Positions 1 through 9,773 of a stretch of 64,000 bases of DNA are shown here, piece after piece (within the stretch, counting starts at the first letter, position 1; each line of letters opens with the position of its first letter). Source of the stretch: Cryomorphaceae bacterium (GTDB lineage Bacteria; Bacteroidota; Bacteroidia; Flavobacteriales; UBA7312); assembly GCA_042091225.1 (NCBI GenBank), contig JBELHW010000004.1, forward strand, positions 4,479 through 68,478. The letters are read 5' to 3'. The notes under the pieces were generated by a model that was given only the letters and a program-made list of their open reading frames with translations, did no database searches and was not told the DNA's origin. A program made the position numbers and the translations under genes.

Positions 1-272
1 CTTTATTAGGAATAGAAAAAATCATTTTGGCGTGTACCCATTATCCTCTAATAGAAGATATTATAAAAAACTATTATAATAATAAAGTAGAAGTAATCGA
101 TTCAGCTACTCAAGTGGCTAATTTTATTAGTCAATCTTTAAAAATTAACCAGCTTTTAAGTAATTCACAAGCTTCTTATCGTTTCTATGTTTCTGATTAT
201 ACCAAATCATTCGAACAATCTGCAAAATTTTTCTTTGATGAAAACATACATCTTGAAGAAATTATTCTTTAA
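1..272 (+). CDS. murI: glutamate racemase, C-terminal part (5' end lies outside the window)
   Basis: The frame is open from the window edge: LLGIEKIILACTHYPLIEDII. It carries the conserved (L)ACTHYPL second-cysteine motif of glutamate racemases. TAA at 270-272. Confidence 0.8.
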   Translation, partial: LLGIEKIILACTHYPLIEDIIKNYYNNKVEVIDSATQVANFISQSLKINQLLSNSQASYRFYVSDYTKSFEQSAKFFFDENIHLEEIIL

Positions 273-777
273 ACCATTCAGAATATTTTAAATAGTTGTC
301 TGCTATTCCTTCTATTAAAACCTTAGTTTGTTCTTGGCTCAATGTTTTTACTTTTTTAGCAGGTACTCCTGTATAAATACATCCACTTTCTAAAACTGAG
401 TTTTCTAAAACGACTGATCCCGCACCAATAATTGTATTGCTCTCAACAACCACATTGTCCATAATAATAGCACCCATTCCGACTAAAACATTGTCTTTAA
501 CAGTACATCCGTGTACTATTGCATTATGGCCTACAGAAACATTATCACCTATTATTGTTGCATGTTTTTTATAAGTACAATGAATAACTGCTCCATCCTG
601 AATATTAACTTTATTACCTATTTTAATGAAATTTACGTCGCCACGAATAACTGCATTAAACCAAACACTACAAAAATCTCCCATTTCAACTTGACCTACG
701 ATAGTAGCGTTTTGTGCTAAAAATATATCTTTCCCAAATTTTGGGGCTACACCAAGAACTTCTTTAATTAAAGCCAT
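262..777 (-). CDS. gamma-carbonic-anhydrase-like hexapeptide-repeat protein (YrdA/PaaY family)
   Basis: Left-handed beta-helix repeats: NATIVGQVEMGDFCSVWFNAVIRGD, IGNKVNIQDGAVIHC, IGDNVSVGHNAIVHG. The ATG at 775-777 (MALIKE) is preferred over 819 because a TATCTTTG -7 box (790-797) lies between the two. Confidence 0.8.
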   Translation of the reverse strand: MALIKEVLGVAPKFGKDIFLAQNATIVGQVEMGDFCSVWFNAVIRGDVNFIKIGNKVNIQDGAVIHCTYKKHATIIGDNVSVGHNAIVHGCTVKDNVLVGMGAIIMDNVVVESNTIIGAGSVVLENSVLESGCIYTGVPAKKVKTLSQEQTKVLIEGIADNYLKYSEWFKE

Positions 778-789
778 TTTGTTTTTTCC

Positions 790-797
790 CAAAGATA
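790..797 (-). promoter_or_regulatory. candidate -7 box (TATCTTTG) for the gamma-CA-like gene
   Basis: The forward strand reads CAAAGATA. It lies 12 nt upstream of the ATG at 777. Confidence 0.4.
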
Positions 798-808
798 AAA
801 GATTGATG

Positions 809-816
809 TAACTTTG
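809..816 (+). promoter_or_regulatory. candidate -7 box (TAACTTTG) for the nfu-like gene
   Basis: Perfect TAnnTTTG, 18 nt upstream of the ATG at 835. Confidence 0.4.
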
Positions 817-834
817 CACACAAATAATTATACT

Positions 835-1437
835 ATGACAAAGATTCCTATATCTCTATATGCTGAAGCAACTCCCAACCCAAAAGTGATGAAGTTTACA
901 GCCAACAAAATGCTTGTTGACAATAATATTTATGAATTTTTAAATAGAGCCGAGGCCATTTCATCTCCTCTAGCTTTAGAGCTATTCGGATTTCCATTTG
1001 TTGAAAGCGTTTTTATAAGTGGAAACTTTGTTTCGGTAACAAAAAAACAAAACGATATTGAGTGGTCTGACATAGTGTTAGAGATGAGAGAGTTTATAAG
1101 AGATTTTATAGCCGACGGAGGAAAAGTAATCAACGAAGATGCTCCTATAAAGCTTAATAAAGAGTCTGTAAAACATAAAGAGGAATTAAAAAGAGAATTC
1201 TCTGATATTGAAAAGAAAATAGCAGATCTTTTAGATGAATACGTTCGTCCTGCTGTAGAACAGGATGGTGGTTTTATTTCACTCAAAAAGTTCGAAAAAG
1301 GAGTGGTAACCGTTTCTCTTCAAGGGGCATGTAGTGGTTGTCCTTCTTCGAGCATGACTTTAAAATCTGGTATCGAAGGACTACTAACAAAAATGATGCC
1401 AGACGAAGTAGTCGAAGTTATTGCAGACAATGATTAA
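835..1437 (+). CDS. NifU/Nfu-family Fe-S cluster assembly protein (Nfu N-terminal domain plus NifU C-terminal domain)
   Basis: N-terminus YAEATPNPKVMKF. C-terminal domain VRPAVEQDGGFISL followed by LQGACSGCPSS (CxxC). The TTG at 814 sits inside the -7 box at 809-816, so the ATG at 835 is taken as the start. Confidence 0.8.
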   Translation: MTKIPISLYAEATPNPKVMKFTANKMLVDNNIYEFLNRAEAISSPLALELFGFPFVESVFISGNFVSVTKKQNDIEWSDIVLEMREFIRDFIADGGKVINEDAPIKLNKESVKHKEELKREFSDIEKKIADLLDEYVRPAVEQDGGFISLKKFEKGVVTVSLQGACSGCPSSSMTLKSGIEGLLTKMMPDEVVEVIADND

Positions 1438-2158
1438 AGAATTAATATTTTTATTTTTATTTTCTAGTTTAGTTACTCAAGCACAAAATGGTTTGTTATT
1501 TGGGTTGCAACTCAAACCTATTGTTCCTAATTCTTATTTTAATGCTAGCGGAATTAGTCAAGATTTTTATAGTGATGATTCTGAATTATATTCATTTAAC
1601 TTAAAATCACGTATCGGACAATCTTTAGGAATGATTGTCAGGCAGAATATCACAAGCTTTGTTTCTTTAGAAAGTGGAATAAATTTCAACCAAAGAAGGT
1701 ATAAACTTCAAGTAAAAAGTGCTCCAACAACTGATTTCTCTAACTTCTCAGTCCGTACTTACGAAGTTCCGTTACAATTTTTAGCCTATGTTAAAGTTTC
1801 AAATAAATGGTTTCTAAACGGGTCATTCGGAGTGTCTTACAACATATTCACTTCTAATGTTTATTCAGAAGGAGAGCAAAACCCTTTTTTTTACCAAAAT
1901 ACTATAAGGCGAAAAAAAGGACAGTCTGCATTTATTGCAAATTTAGGAACAGAATATAGAACTAGTACAAATGGCTATTATTATTTTGGCATTTCTCTAC
2001 ATCGACCATTAAAAAGTATCGTTCGAGTTTTCCCTGAATATAATGATGGAACAAACGAATATAATATATCTGCTCCTTCCACAAACTCCGATTTTTTAGA
2101 ATTAAACGGCAACTTTCTTACTGTTGACTTCAGATACTTTTTTAAGAATAGCAAATAA
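1430..2158 (+). CDS. hypothetical secreted protein, possibly an outer-membrane beta-barrel
   Basis: Signal peptide MIKELIFLFLFSSLVTQAQ, alternating aromatic/polar stretches, aromatic-rich C-terminus (DFRYFF). The ATG at 1430 overlaps the nfu-like stop by 8 nt (ATGATTAA). I recognise no family. Confidence 0.5.
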   Translation: MIKELIFLFLFSSLVTQAQNGLLFGLQLKPIVPNSYFNASGISQDFYSDDSELYSFNLKSRIGQSLGMIVRQNITSFVSLESGINFNQRRYKLQVKSAPTTDFSNFSVRTYEVPLQFLAYVKVSNKWFLNGSFGVSYNIFTSNVYSEGEQNPFFYQNTIRRKKGQSAFIANLGTEYRTSTNGYYYFGISLHRPLKSIVRVFPEYNDGTNEYNISAPSTNSDFLELNGNFLTVDFRYFFKNSK

Positions 2159-2199
2159 AATCATATATTAGCATACACCTTACTTAACAAGTTTTTTTA

Positions 2200-4761
2200 A
2201 TGACCTTAACAAAAATCACAACCATATTAATGGTAGTTATATCTTCTTATAGTTTTGCTCAACCTTTGCAAAATGGCATGGCTATTTTGACTCACTGGAC
2301 TGGCGCAAGCGGGCAATGGGATGCGTTTTCTATCTTTAACACAGAAAACAACATGAGTGCTCCCTTAGGACAAAATTGGGCTACTACATTTAACACTCCT
2401 TCTGATCCAGCAATACATGATCAATGGAAAGGTACTAATATGGGAGATGTTTTTGGAGTGGCTATAGACGATCAAAAAAATGCATATTTTACTACTACAA
2501 AATCTATTTCAAGTAGCGGTTCTACTGCAACTAATAGTGGAGTTGCAGGTGATGGCGGTGTATATAAATTAAATGCAAATGACTGGAGTATAACTCCATT
2601 AATTACAACCGGAACTGGACCAAATCAAATTCCTAATCAAAATGTTGGTTTAGGAAATATTTGTTTCGACAAATGGAATAATCAACTTTTCATTACCAAC
2701 TTTGAGGATGGTAAAATTTATCGTTTTGACACAGACGGTAATTTATTATCTACTTTCGATCCGTTCAATCTAGATGATGGCAGTCCTGGATTTGCAGGTC
2801 ATGGAGAAGCACTCTGGGGCATCAACATTCATGGTGATAGTCCAAATAATTTAAAAGTATATTTTTCTCAATGGACAGAAGATAATTCGTTAGCTACAGC
2901 AACAAACGTTAATAATTCGGTTTGGTCGATTGATATAGATCCAAGTGGTGAGTTTTCAGGAACTGAAGATTTTTGCTTTAGTTTGCCAGACATTACCTAC
3001 ACATGGGCTTCAGTAACAGGTGGTTCTTATCCTATCTCGGATATAACATTTAGCGCAGACGGTAAAATGTATCTGTGTGAAAAAACTCAAGGAGGATGGT
3101 CTACTTTTGGAGGATTTGATGATCTCTTTACACCAGGAGCACACAATTCTAGGCTTCTCGAATTTACCAATATTTCTGGCGTATGGACCATGACCCAGCA
3201 CTATGGCGTAGGAAACTACAATACTCCAACTACTTCAGATAATACAGCTGGTGGGGTTGCATTAAGCAATAGAGAGACTGTGGACGGAATAGATTGCGAG
3301 AAACTTATTTGGGCTACAGGAGATGCCCTTCGTTTTTCTGGGTTCAATCCTGCAGATGGAGGACAAACCTATGTATATGGTGCAGCAGGAATACCTGTGG
3401 AAGGAAATTCATTAGACCCTGCTTCTCCCGATTATGTTCAAAATACAAGCATTTATGTAGACGTAAACTATACAGGAATGGGTAATGACGGTTCTCAAAA
3501 AATGTCGTTTGGAGATATCGAGATATATTCAGAAGCACAAGCAACATCTACTTTTACAATTAGTCCAGACTCTACTATTTGCCCTGGCGGTGCTCTTACC
3601 CTAAATGTTAGCGGAGGATCAAACTATCAGTGGACACCAAGTGCAAATCTTGATGATCCTAACAGCTCTTCTCCTTCTGCCTCACCTACTCAAAATACAA
3701 TATATACCGTTACTGGAGATGGTGCTTGTGGTGGAACAAGTCAAGCCTCAGTATCTATATCAATCGATGATTACTCTTTTAGTTTAGGGCCAGATTTAGC
3801 AGTATGCAACGGCTCATCTGAACCTTTAATTTTAGATGCCGGATCTCAGGCAATAGCTTGTCTGTGGAGCACAGGTGAAATTACGCCTACTATTTCTGTA
3901 AATACTCCTGGAACTTATAGTGTTATAAATACTAGCCCTAACTTTTGCGATTATTCTGACCAAATATTAATTGAAGAAGGTGAAACCCCTATTTTAGGCT
4001 TCTCCACTACTGATAGCTTAGGATGTAATCCTTCTTATTTCTCTTTGTTAGACAGTAGTAAGTCAACAAATAACGACCCAATAGATACATGGAACTGGAC
4101 TGTTAACAATCAAAATTATAATGGTCAATCACCAAACATTTATCTTGACCAAAGTGGTGTTTTTGATGTCTCACTAGAGGTTGTAACCGAACTAGGTTGT
4201 ATAGAAACACTTACAATAGAAGATTTTTTTATTGTTAACGAAACTCCTATTGTTAGTTTTAGTATTTACCCTGAGAAAATTTCACATTGTGATAAAACCG
4301 TTCTATTCTTAGATGCTACAACCAACTTTGATAGTATTGTATGGAATTTAGGAGATGGAACTATAATCACTCAAGATACTCTAAACAATTATACATTTGA
4401 AGAACTTAGCCCTTATCAAATTTCTTTAGAAGTTTTTGACGATAATGGATGTTCAAATAGTGCTTCTACATTTTTAAGTCCTTTAGAGTCAATTCCTTTT
4501 TATGCTCCAAATGCATTTACGCCAAATAATGATACTCAAAATGATGTTTTTAGACCTGTTTTAGGATGCTCAAGCGACTTTACTCTAAGTATTATTAATC
4601 GATGGGGAGAAACTATTTTTCAAAGTAACGACCCTAACGTTGGATGGGACGGAACTTACAATGGTAGAGTATGTCCAAATGGTGTATATGCTTGGCGAGC
4701 TAGTTACAATGGAATTAAAATAAGACAAGTAAAAATGGGGGAAGTCCATTTAATAAATTAA
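2200..4761 (+). CDS. T9SS type-B sorting-domain (gliding-motility-associated C-terminal domain) cargo protein with PKD/Ig-like modules
   Basis: Signal peptide. PKD-like WNLGDGT and WNWTVNN modules. C-terminal ~90 aa is YAPNAFTPNNDTQNDVFRPV, IINRWGETIF, GWDGTYNGR, NGVYAW, typical of the type-B CTD (TIGR04131-like). Confidence 0.8.
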   Translation: MTLTKITTILMVVISSYSFAQPLQNGMAILTHWTGASGQWDAFSIFNTENNMSAPLGQNWATTFNTPSDPAIHDQWKGTNMGDVFGVAIDDQKNAYFTTTKSISSSGSTATNSGVAGDGGVYKLNANDWSITPLITTGTGPNQIPNQNVGLGNICFDKWNNQLFITNFEDGKIYRFDTDGNLLSTFDPFNLDDGSPGFAGHGEALWGINIHGDSPNNLKVYFSQWTEDNSLATATNVNNSVWSIDIDPSGEFSGTEDFCFSLPDITYTWASVTGGSYPISDITFSADGKMYLCEKTQGGWSTFGGFDDLFTPGAHNSRLLEFTNISGVWTMTQHYGVGNYNTPTTSDNTAGGVALSNRETVDGIDCEKLIWATGDALRFSGFNPADGGQTYVYGAAGIPVEGNSLDPASPDYVQNTSIYVDVNYTGMGNDGSQKMSFGDIEIYSEAQATSTFTISPDSTICPGGALTLNVSGGSNYQWTPSANLDDPNSSSPSASPTQNTIYTVTGDGACGGTSQASVSISIDDYSFSLGPDLAVCNGSSEPLILDAGSQAIACLWSTGEITPTISVNTPGTYSVINTSPNFCDYSDQILIEEGETPILGFSTTDSLGCNPSYFSLLDSSKSTNNDPIDTWNWTVNNQNYNGQSPNIYLDQSGVFDVSLEVVTELGCIETLTIEDFFIVNETPIVSFSIYPEKISHCDKTVLFLDATTNFDSIVWNLGDGTIITQDTLNNYTFEELSPYQISLEVFDDNGCSNSASTFLSPLESIPFYAPNAFTPNNDTQNDVFRPVLGCSSDFTLSIINRWGETIFQSNDPNVGWDGTYNGRVCPNGVYAWRASYNGIKIRQVKMGEVHLIN

Positions 4762-4796
4762 ATATTAATGGTAAAAACAACCGTTTGTTAAACTAT

Positions 4797-4831
4797 AAAA
4801 AAAGCCAGTTTAATAACTGGCTTTTGCTTTT
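4797..4831. terminator. bidirectional rho-independent terminator between the T9SS cargo gene and sucB
   Basis: GCCAGTT (4804-10) pairs with AACTGGC (4815-21) around loop TAAT. It is flanked by an A-run upstream and a T-rich tract downstream. Confidence 0.75.
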
Positions 4832-6018
4832 TAAAGTCCTAAACTTTTCTTGACATCTCCACCAAGTAAATGTGTAGTTGGATCTTCCAAACATTCTTTT
4901 ACTCTGCATAAGAACCCTACAGATTCTCTTCCGTCAATAATTCTATGGTCGTAAGAAAGAGCAACATACATTATCGGTCTTATTTCTACCTTACCTTCTA
5001 TAGCCATTGGTCTTTGAACGATATTATGCATTCCTAGAATTGCGGATTGAGGTGGGTTAATAATAGGAGTAGACAACATAGAGCCAAAAACACCACCATT
5101 AGTAATGGTGAATGTACCGCCCATCATTTCATCAGGCGTAATTTTACCATCTCTTGCTTTTATAGCCAAACGCTTAACCTCACTTTCAACTTCCTGAAAA
5201 TTCATTAATTCTGCATTCCTTATAACAGGAACCATTAGTCCTTTAGGAGCACTCACCGCAATACTGATGTCAGCATAATTATGATACTGAACTTGGTTTC
5301 CATCTATCTTAGCATTAACATCTTTAAACTCCATAAGAGCAGTTGTTATCGCTTTAGTAAAGAAAGACATAAATCCTAAGCCTACCCCGTATTTTTCTTT
5401 AAACGTTTCTTTATATTGGGTTCTAATATGATTAATTGCGGTCATGTCTACCTCGTTAAAGGTTGTTAACATGGCTGTTTCGTTTTTAACTGACACTAAT
5501 CTTTGGGCAACCTTTCTACGCAACATAGACATTTTCTTGCGCTCCATCCCTCTTGGTCCGTCTACTGTTGTAGTGGACAAAGCATCTAATACATCGTCTT
5601 TTACTATTTTACCTCCTTCTCCACTTCCTTTTACTTCTTTAGGAGACAAGTCATTTTGCTGAATCATAGCCTTTGCAAGCGGAGTAGCTTTAGCATCCAC
5701 AGAAGCAAGCGTGCTAGTTGATGGAGTCGAAACTGTAGCTTTTGGTGAAGAATCTTCAGTTTTAGTTTTAGCTTGTCCCTCTCCGTCAGTGTCAATAATA
5801 CATACGACATCGCCAACAGCAACTGTTTCGCCTTCTTCTACTACAATTTTAATTGTTCCACTAACCTCAGCAGGAAGTGCTAAAGTAGCTTTGTCGGAAT
5901 CAACTTCTGCAATCTCCTGATCTTTTTCTACATAATCGCCAGTTTCTACTAACCACTCTGCAATTTCTACTTCCGAGATCGACTCCCCTGGACTGGGTAC
6001 TTTCATTTCTAATAGCAT
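4831..6018 (-). CDS. sucB: dihydrolipoyllysine-residue succinyltransferase, E2 of 2-oxoglutarate dehydrogenase
   Basis: N-terminal lipoyl domain with the [13 protein letters not shown] lipoyl-lysine motif, an Ala/Pro/Thr-rich linker, an E3-binding segment, and a catalytic domain ending [12 protein letters not shown]. Lies directly downstream of sucA. Confidence 0.92.
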   Translation of the reverse strand: MLLEMKVPSPGESISEVEIAEWLVETGDYVEKDQEIAEVDSDKATLALPAEVSGTIKIVVEEGETVAVGDVVCIIDTDGEGQAKTKTEDSSPKATVSTPSTSTLASVDAKATPLAKAMIQQNDLSPKEVKGSGEGGKIVKDDVLDALSTTTVDGPRGMERKKMSMLRRKVAQRLVSVKNETAMLTTFNEVDMTAINHIRTQYKETFKEKYGVGLGFMSFFTKAITTALMEFKDVNAKIDGNQVQYHNYADISIAVSAPKGLMVPVIRNAELMNFQEVESEVKRLAIKARDGKITPDEMMGGTFTITNGGVFGSMLSTPIINPPQSAILGMHNIVQRPMAIEGKVEIRPIMYVALSYDHRIIDGRESVGFLCRVKECLEDPTTHLLGGDVKKSLGL

Positions 6019-6028
6019 AGTTCTTTAT

Positions 6029-8734
6029 TTATTTAAAAACCTTTTCTATAATTATATTTTGTCTTTGGAAGGAATGTTTGCTAGACCCGCTGGCTGTTGC
6101 AGCGCTTTCCGATCTAGAAACAACTTCAAAAGGTATATGCCTAAAGTTTCTCATAATATGTGACCAAGCACCCATATTAGCTGGTTCTTCCTGTACCCAC
6201 ATTATTCTTTTGGCATTATATTTTTTTAATATCTCTTCAATTTGAGAAGCTGGAAGAGGATACAATTGTTCTAAACGAACAATCGCAACATCTTCTTGAT
6301 TTTTTTCCTGTTTTACAGATTCTAATTCGTAATATATCTTCCCAGAACAGAAAACTAGCTTTTCTACACTATCAGCTTTAGCTGTTGGGTCATCTATCAA
6401 CTCTCTAAAAGTTCCATCGGATAATTCTTCTAAAGAAGAAATACACTTAGGATGCCTTAATAAACTTTTTGGAGTAAAAACAATAAGAGGTTTTCTAAAA
6501 TCTCTTTTAATTTGCCTTCTCAACACATGAAAAAAGTTTGCAGGTGTAGTACAATTCGTAATTTGCATGTTATCTTGAGCACACATCTGTAAATATCTTT
6601 CTAATCGAGCGCTTGAATGCTCTGCACCCTGACCTTCATAACCATGAGGTAACAACATTACTAAGCCGTTCATTATTCTCCACTTATCTTCCGCACAACT
6701 TATAAACTGATCAAGCATTATCTGTCCACCATTACTAAAGTCTCCAAATTGAGCTTCCCAAATAGTCAGTGAATTTGGTCTTGCCATAGAGTATCCGTAG
6801 TCAAAACCTAAAACCCCATATTCGGAAAGCAAAGAATTATAAGCTTCAAACTTTGCTGTTTTACTAACACTATTTAAAGGACAAACTTCTTTTTCTGATT
6901 CTTCTAATTTTAGTATTGCATGACGGTGAGAGAAAGTTCCTCTTTCTACATCCTGACCACTTAAACGAATCGAATTTCCTTCATCTAGCAAAGAGCCATA
7001 TGCTAGCAACTCAGCCATTCCCCAATCAATCTTGTTGGTTTCTTCGATCATCTTGCGTTGATCATTTAATATTCGCTGGTTCTTTTTAAATAATTTATCG
7101 TTTTCGGAAAGCTGATATAAATTTTTAGCCACTCTTTTAAGGTCTTCTATAGCAACCTTAGTATTTGTTTTGTGTTCGAAAGCATTAGTCATAGCAGGGC
7201 TGAATCCTTCCCATTCTTTTTGTAGAAATGGAGTGATTCGTGCTTTTTCTACCTCCTTGGCTGCATCAAAACGATCTTGTAAGAATTGTTTAAATTCTTT
7301 TTCCATTTCTTTGGCCAAGTTAGCTTGTACGACCCCTTCGTTAATCAACTTATGATTATAAATTTCTCTAGGGTTAGCATGTTTACTTATTGCTTTATAT
7401 AATAATGGCTGAGTAAAGCGTGGCTCATCACCTTCATTATGACCATATTTCCTATAACACAAAAGGTCAATGAAAACGTCTTTATGAAACTTCTGACGAT
7501 ACTCTGTTGCCATTTGCATAGCATGCACAACAGCTTCGACATCATCACCATTAACGTGAAAAACAGGCGATAATGTTACTTTACCAATATCTGTACAATA
7601 GGTGCTCGAACGAGCATCATGGTAATTAGTAGTAAACCCAATTTGATTGTTAATTACAATATGGATTGTTCCTCCGGTCTTATAGCCATCTAGTTGAGCC
7701 ATTTGAATAACTTCATAGACTACACCCTGACCAGCAAGAGCAGCATCTCCATGAATTAAAATTGGAACTAACTTTTTGTTGTCTCCATTATATTGTTCGT
7801 CAATTTTAGCTCTTGATATCCCCTCAACAACTGGGTCAACAGCCTCTAAATGAGATGGGTTTGGAGAAAGGGATATTTTAACGTTTTTATCGTTATTACA
7901 TTTTTGCTCGGAAGTAAAACCTAGGTGATATTTTACATCTCCACTAAACAGTTTATCTTCGTATTCTACTCCTTCGAATTCTGTAAATATCTCTTTGTAT
8001 GTTTTGTTAAAAATATTTGCTAATACATTCAATCTTCCTCTGTGAGCCATACCCATCACAAACTCCTCTACACCTAAACTGGCACCATGTTCAATAAGAA
8101 TATCTAAAGCAGGGATTAAAGACTCCGCCCCTTCTAAAGAGAATCTTTTTTGCCCTACATATTTTGTATGTAAAAAATTTTCGAAAGCAACGGCCTGATT
8201 TAGCTTGCGCAAAATTTGTTTCTTTTGATCTAAAGAAAATGTTGGAGTATTACTATTGAGATGTAGTCTGTTTTTTATCCATTCAACCTGATCTGGCTTA
8301 CGAATGTACATATATTCTATTCCGATAGATTGACAATAAACTTTTTTAAGATGAGAAATAATATCTCTTAGCGAACTGGGACCTATACCCACCTGATTTC
8401 CGGCCTGAAACACAGTATCTAAATCAGCTTCATCCAGACTGAAATTGTTAATCTCTAAAGTAGGTGTATATTTTCTTCTTTCTCGAACTGGATTAGTAAG
8501 AGTAAATAAATGCCCGCTTTTGCGATAAGCATCTATGAGGTTTATTACCTGAAATTCTTTTTTAAATGTTTCAGGAATTTCTTCATCTTCAGAATAAGCC
8601 TCTTTTGCAAAGTCGAATCCGGAGAAAAAATTTCTCCACGACTCCTCTACAGAAAGGGGGTCATCGACATACATCTCATATAAAGACTCTATCTGATTAG
8701 TGTGGATTGCTCCTAAAAAAGAAAATTTATCCAT
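6029..8734 (-). CDS. sucA: 2-oxoglutarate dehydrogenase E1 component
   Basis: 901 aa. Characteristic blocks RFSLEGAESLIP, GMAHRGRLNVLAN, HGDAALAGQGVVYE, YRKYGHNEGDEP, LLPHGYEGQGAEHSSARLERYLQ. Confidence 0.95.
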   Translation of the reverse strand: MDKFSFLGAIHTNQIESLYEMYVDDPLSVEESWRNFFSGFDFAKEAYSEDEEIPETFKKEFQVINLIDAYRKSGHLFTLTNPVRERRKYTPTLEINNFSLDEADLDTVFQAGNQVGIGPSSLRDIISHLKKVYCQSIGIEYMYIRKPDQVEWIKNRLHLNSNTPTFSLDQKKQILRKLNQAVAFENFLHTKYVGQKRFSLEGAESLIPALDILIEHGASLGVEEFVMGMAHRGRLNVLANIFNKTYKEIFTEFEGVEYEDKLFSGDVKYHLGFTSEQKCNNDKNVKISLSPNPSHLEAVDPVVEGISRAKIDEQYNGDNKKLVPILIHGDAALAGQGVVYEVIQMAQLDGYKTGGTIHIVINNQIGFTTNYHDARSSTYCTDIGKVTLSPVFHVNGDDVEAVVHAMQMATEYRQKFHKDVFIDLLCYRKYGHNEGDEPRFTQPLLYKAISKHANPREIYNHKLINEGVVQANLAKEMEKEFKQFLQDRFDAAKEVEKARITPFLQKEWEGFSPAMTNAFEHKTNTKVAIEDLKRVAKNLYQLSENDKLFKKNQRILNDQRKMIEETNKIDWGMAELLAYGSLLDEGNSIRLSGQDVERGTFSHRHAILKLEESEKEVCPLNSVSKTAKFEAYNSLLSEYGVLGFDYGYSMARPNSLTIWEAQFGDFSNGGQIMLDQFISCAEDKWRIMNGLVMLLPHGYEGQGAEHSSARLERYLQMCAQDNMQITNCTTPANFFHVLRRQIKRDFRKPLIVFTPKSLLRHPKCISSLEELSDGTFRELIDDPTAKADSVEKLVFCSGKIYYELESVKQEKNQEDVAIVRLEQLYPLPASQIEEILKKYNAKRIMWVQEEPANMGAWSHIMRNFRHIPFEVVSRSESAATASGSSKHSFQRQNIIIEKVFK

Positions 8735-8741
8735 TTAATAA

Positions 8742-8749
8742 CAAAATTA
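8742..8749 (-). promoter_or_regulatory. candidate -7 box (TAATTTTG) for sucA, 7 nt from the ATG
   Basis: The forward strand reads CAAAATTA. Perfect TAnnTTTG on the minus strand. Confidence 0.4.
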
Positions 8750-8806
8750 TTCAAATTTTATTGAAATGCTACTATAATTTAATGCGATTTTTAAAGGAAT
8801 TGGCTT

Positions 8807-9772
8807 TTAATTTTCTCTTGACTTCAACATCTTAGCAAAACGAATAAGCTCGGTTTTATCTCCTTCTACTAACGATAAGCTTTCCATTGCTTTGTTATAG
8901 TATGTATCTATCAAATTATTAGTAAGACTCGGAATCTTTAATAATTCATAAATTTCTTTTACTCTTTCCACTTTGCTGATATCATCTGTATTTTTAAAAG
9001 TATAAAGATTTACTAATTCCATCTTTGTGTTTTTATCACTTATTTCTAAAGCTTGTAAGTAAAGGCATGTTTTTTTGTTCGAAATAATATCTCCTCCTAC
9101 TCTTTTGCCAAAAACTTTTTGATCTCCGAAAGCATCTAATAAATCGTCTTTAAGCTGGAATGCTATACCAATGTCTCTTCCAAATGAGAATAATAAGTCT
9201 GCTTGTTTAGAGGATGCGCCTCCAATAATAGCTCCAATTTTTAGTGCTGCAGCCAATAAGATTGCTGTTTTATATTCAATCATTTTTAAATATAAGCTCA
9301 TACTTACTTCAGCTTGAATTTCAAAATCCATATCAAATTGCTGGCCTTCGCATACTTGTAAAGCTGATTGATTGAATACTGTCAAGACCTCTTTTAGAGT
9401 AGCTGCTTCAAGGTCATTAAAATATTGGTAAGACTGAATAAGCATAGCATCTCCTGAAAGGATTGCTACATTTTCGTTCCATTTTACATGAACAGTATCG
9501 TTTCCCCTTCTTAATGGGGCTTTATCCATTATGTCGTCGTGTAATAGAGTGAAATTATGAAAAACTTCAATAGCAACAGAAGGCATTAATGCTCTACTAA
9601 AATCTTTTTTATATAGCTGATGTGCTAAAAGTAATAATATAGGGCGCATTCTTTTACCTCCAACTGCTAAGATGTAGTCAATGGGTGCATACAAATCTGC
9701 AGGTTGATCAGGATATTTTAACCCTATAATCTCTTGTTCTACATCAATGCGTAATTGTTCGATGGTTTTCAT
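8807..9772 (-). CDS. polyprenyl diphosphate synthase, short-chain type (FPP/GGPP synthase-like)
   Basis: First Asp-rich motif LLHDDIMD and second FQLKDDLLD. KRMRP motif. The ATG at 9770-9772 (MKTIEQ) lies 1 nt after the rfbA stop. The TTG at 9781 in the ORF track is less likely. Confidence 0.85.
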   Translation of the reverse strand: MKTIEQLRIDVEQEIIGLKYPDQPADLYAPIDYILAVGGKRMRPILLLLAHQLYKKDFSRALMPSVAIEVFHNFTLLHDDIMDKAPLRRGNDTVHVKWNENVAILSGDAMLIQSYQYFNDLEAATLKEVLTVFNQSALQVCEGQQFDMDFEIQAEVSMSLYLKMIEYKTAILLAAALKIGAIIGGASSKQADLLFSFGRDIGIAFQLKDDLLDAFGDQKVFGKRVGGDIISNKKTCLYLQALEISDKNTKMELVNLYTFKNTDDISKVERVKEIYELLKIPSLTNNLIDTYYNKAMESLSLVEGDKTELIRFAKMLKSREN

Positions 9773-9773
9773 A

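Noticed and set aside
511-1286. Antisense ORFs 511..720 (+) and 930..1286 (-)
   Set aside because: They lie entirely inside the well-supported gamma-CA-like and nfu-like genes on the opposite strand. Their composition is low-complexity and Cys/Ile/Asn/Ser-rich, typical of shadow frames.
3010-3787. Four 60-67-aa ORFs (3010..3201, 3294..3485, 3344..3547, 3605..3787) inside the first T9SS cargo gene
   Set aside because: They are shadow frames within a continuous 853-codon gene. The same reasoning applies to these other small ORFs. First group: 5444..5662, 5711..5920, 7170..7355, 13657..13917, 14988..15194, 15653..15895, 16473..16676, 18304..18492. Second group: 24932..25135, 26416..26604, 28486..28668, 29527..29739, 32626..33058. 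Third group: 39563..39790, 40220..40447, 46464..46676, 48255..48446, 51295..51483. Fourth group: 53041..53247, 55448..55672, 58536..58727, 61810..62019.
8807-9772. Two polyprenyl synthase genes (8807..9772 and 58806..59780) as a recent duplication
   Set aside because: The sequences are clearly divergent paralogues. The contexts around their Asp-rich motifs differ (LLHDDIMD versus LVHDDVVDD), consistent with the usual short-chain plus long-chain (quinone) pair.
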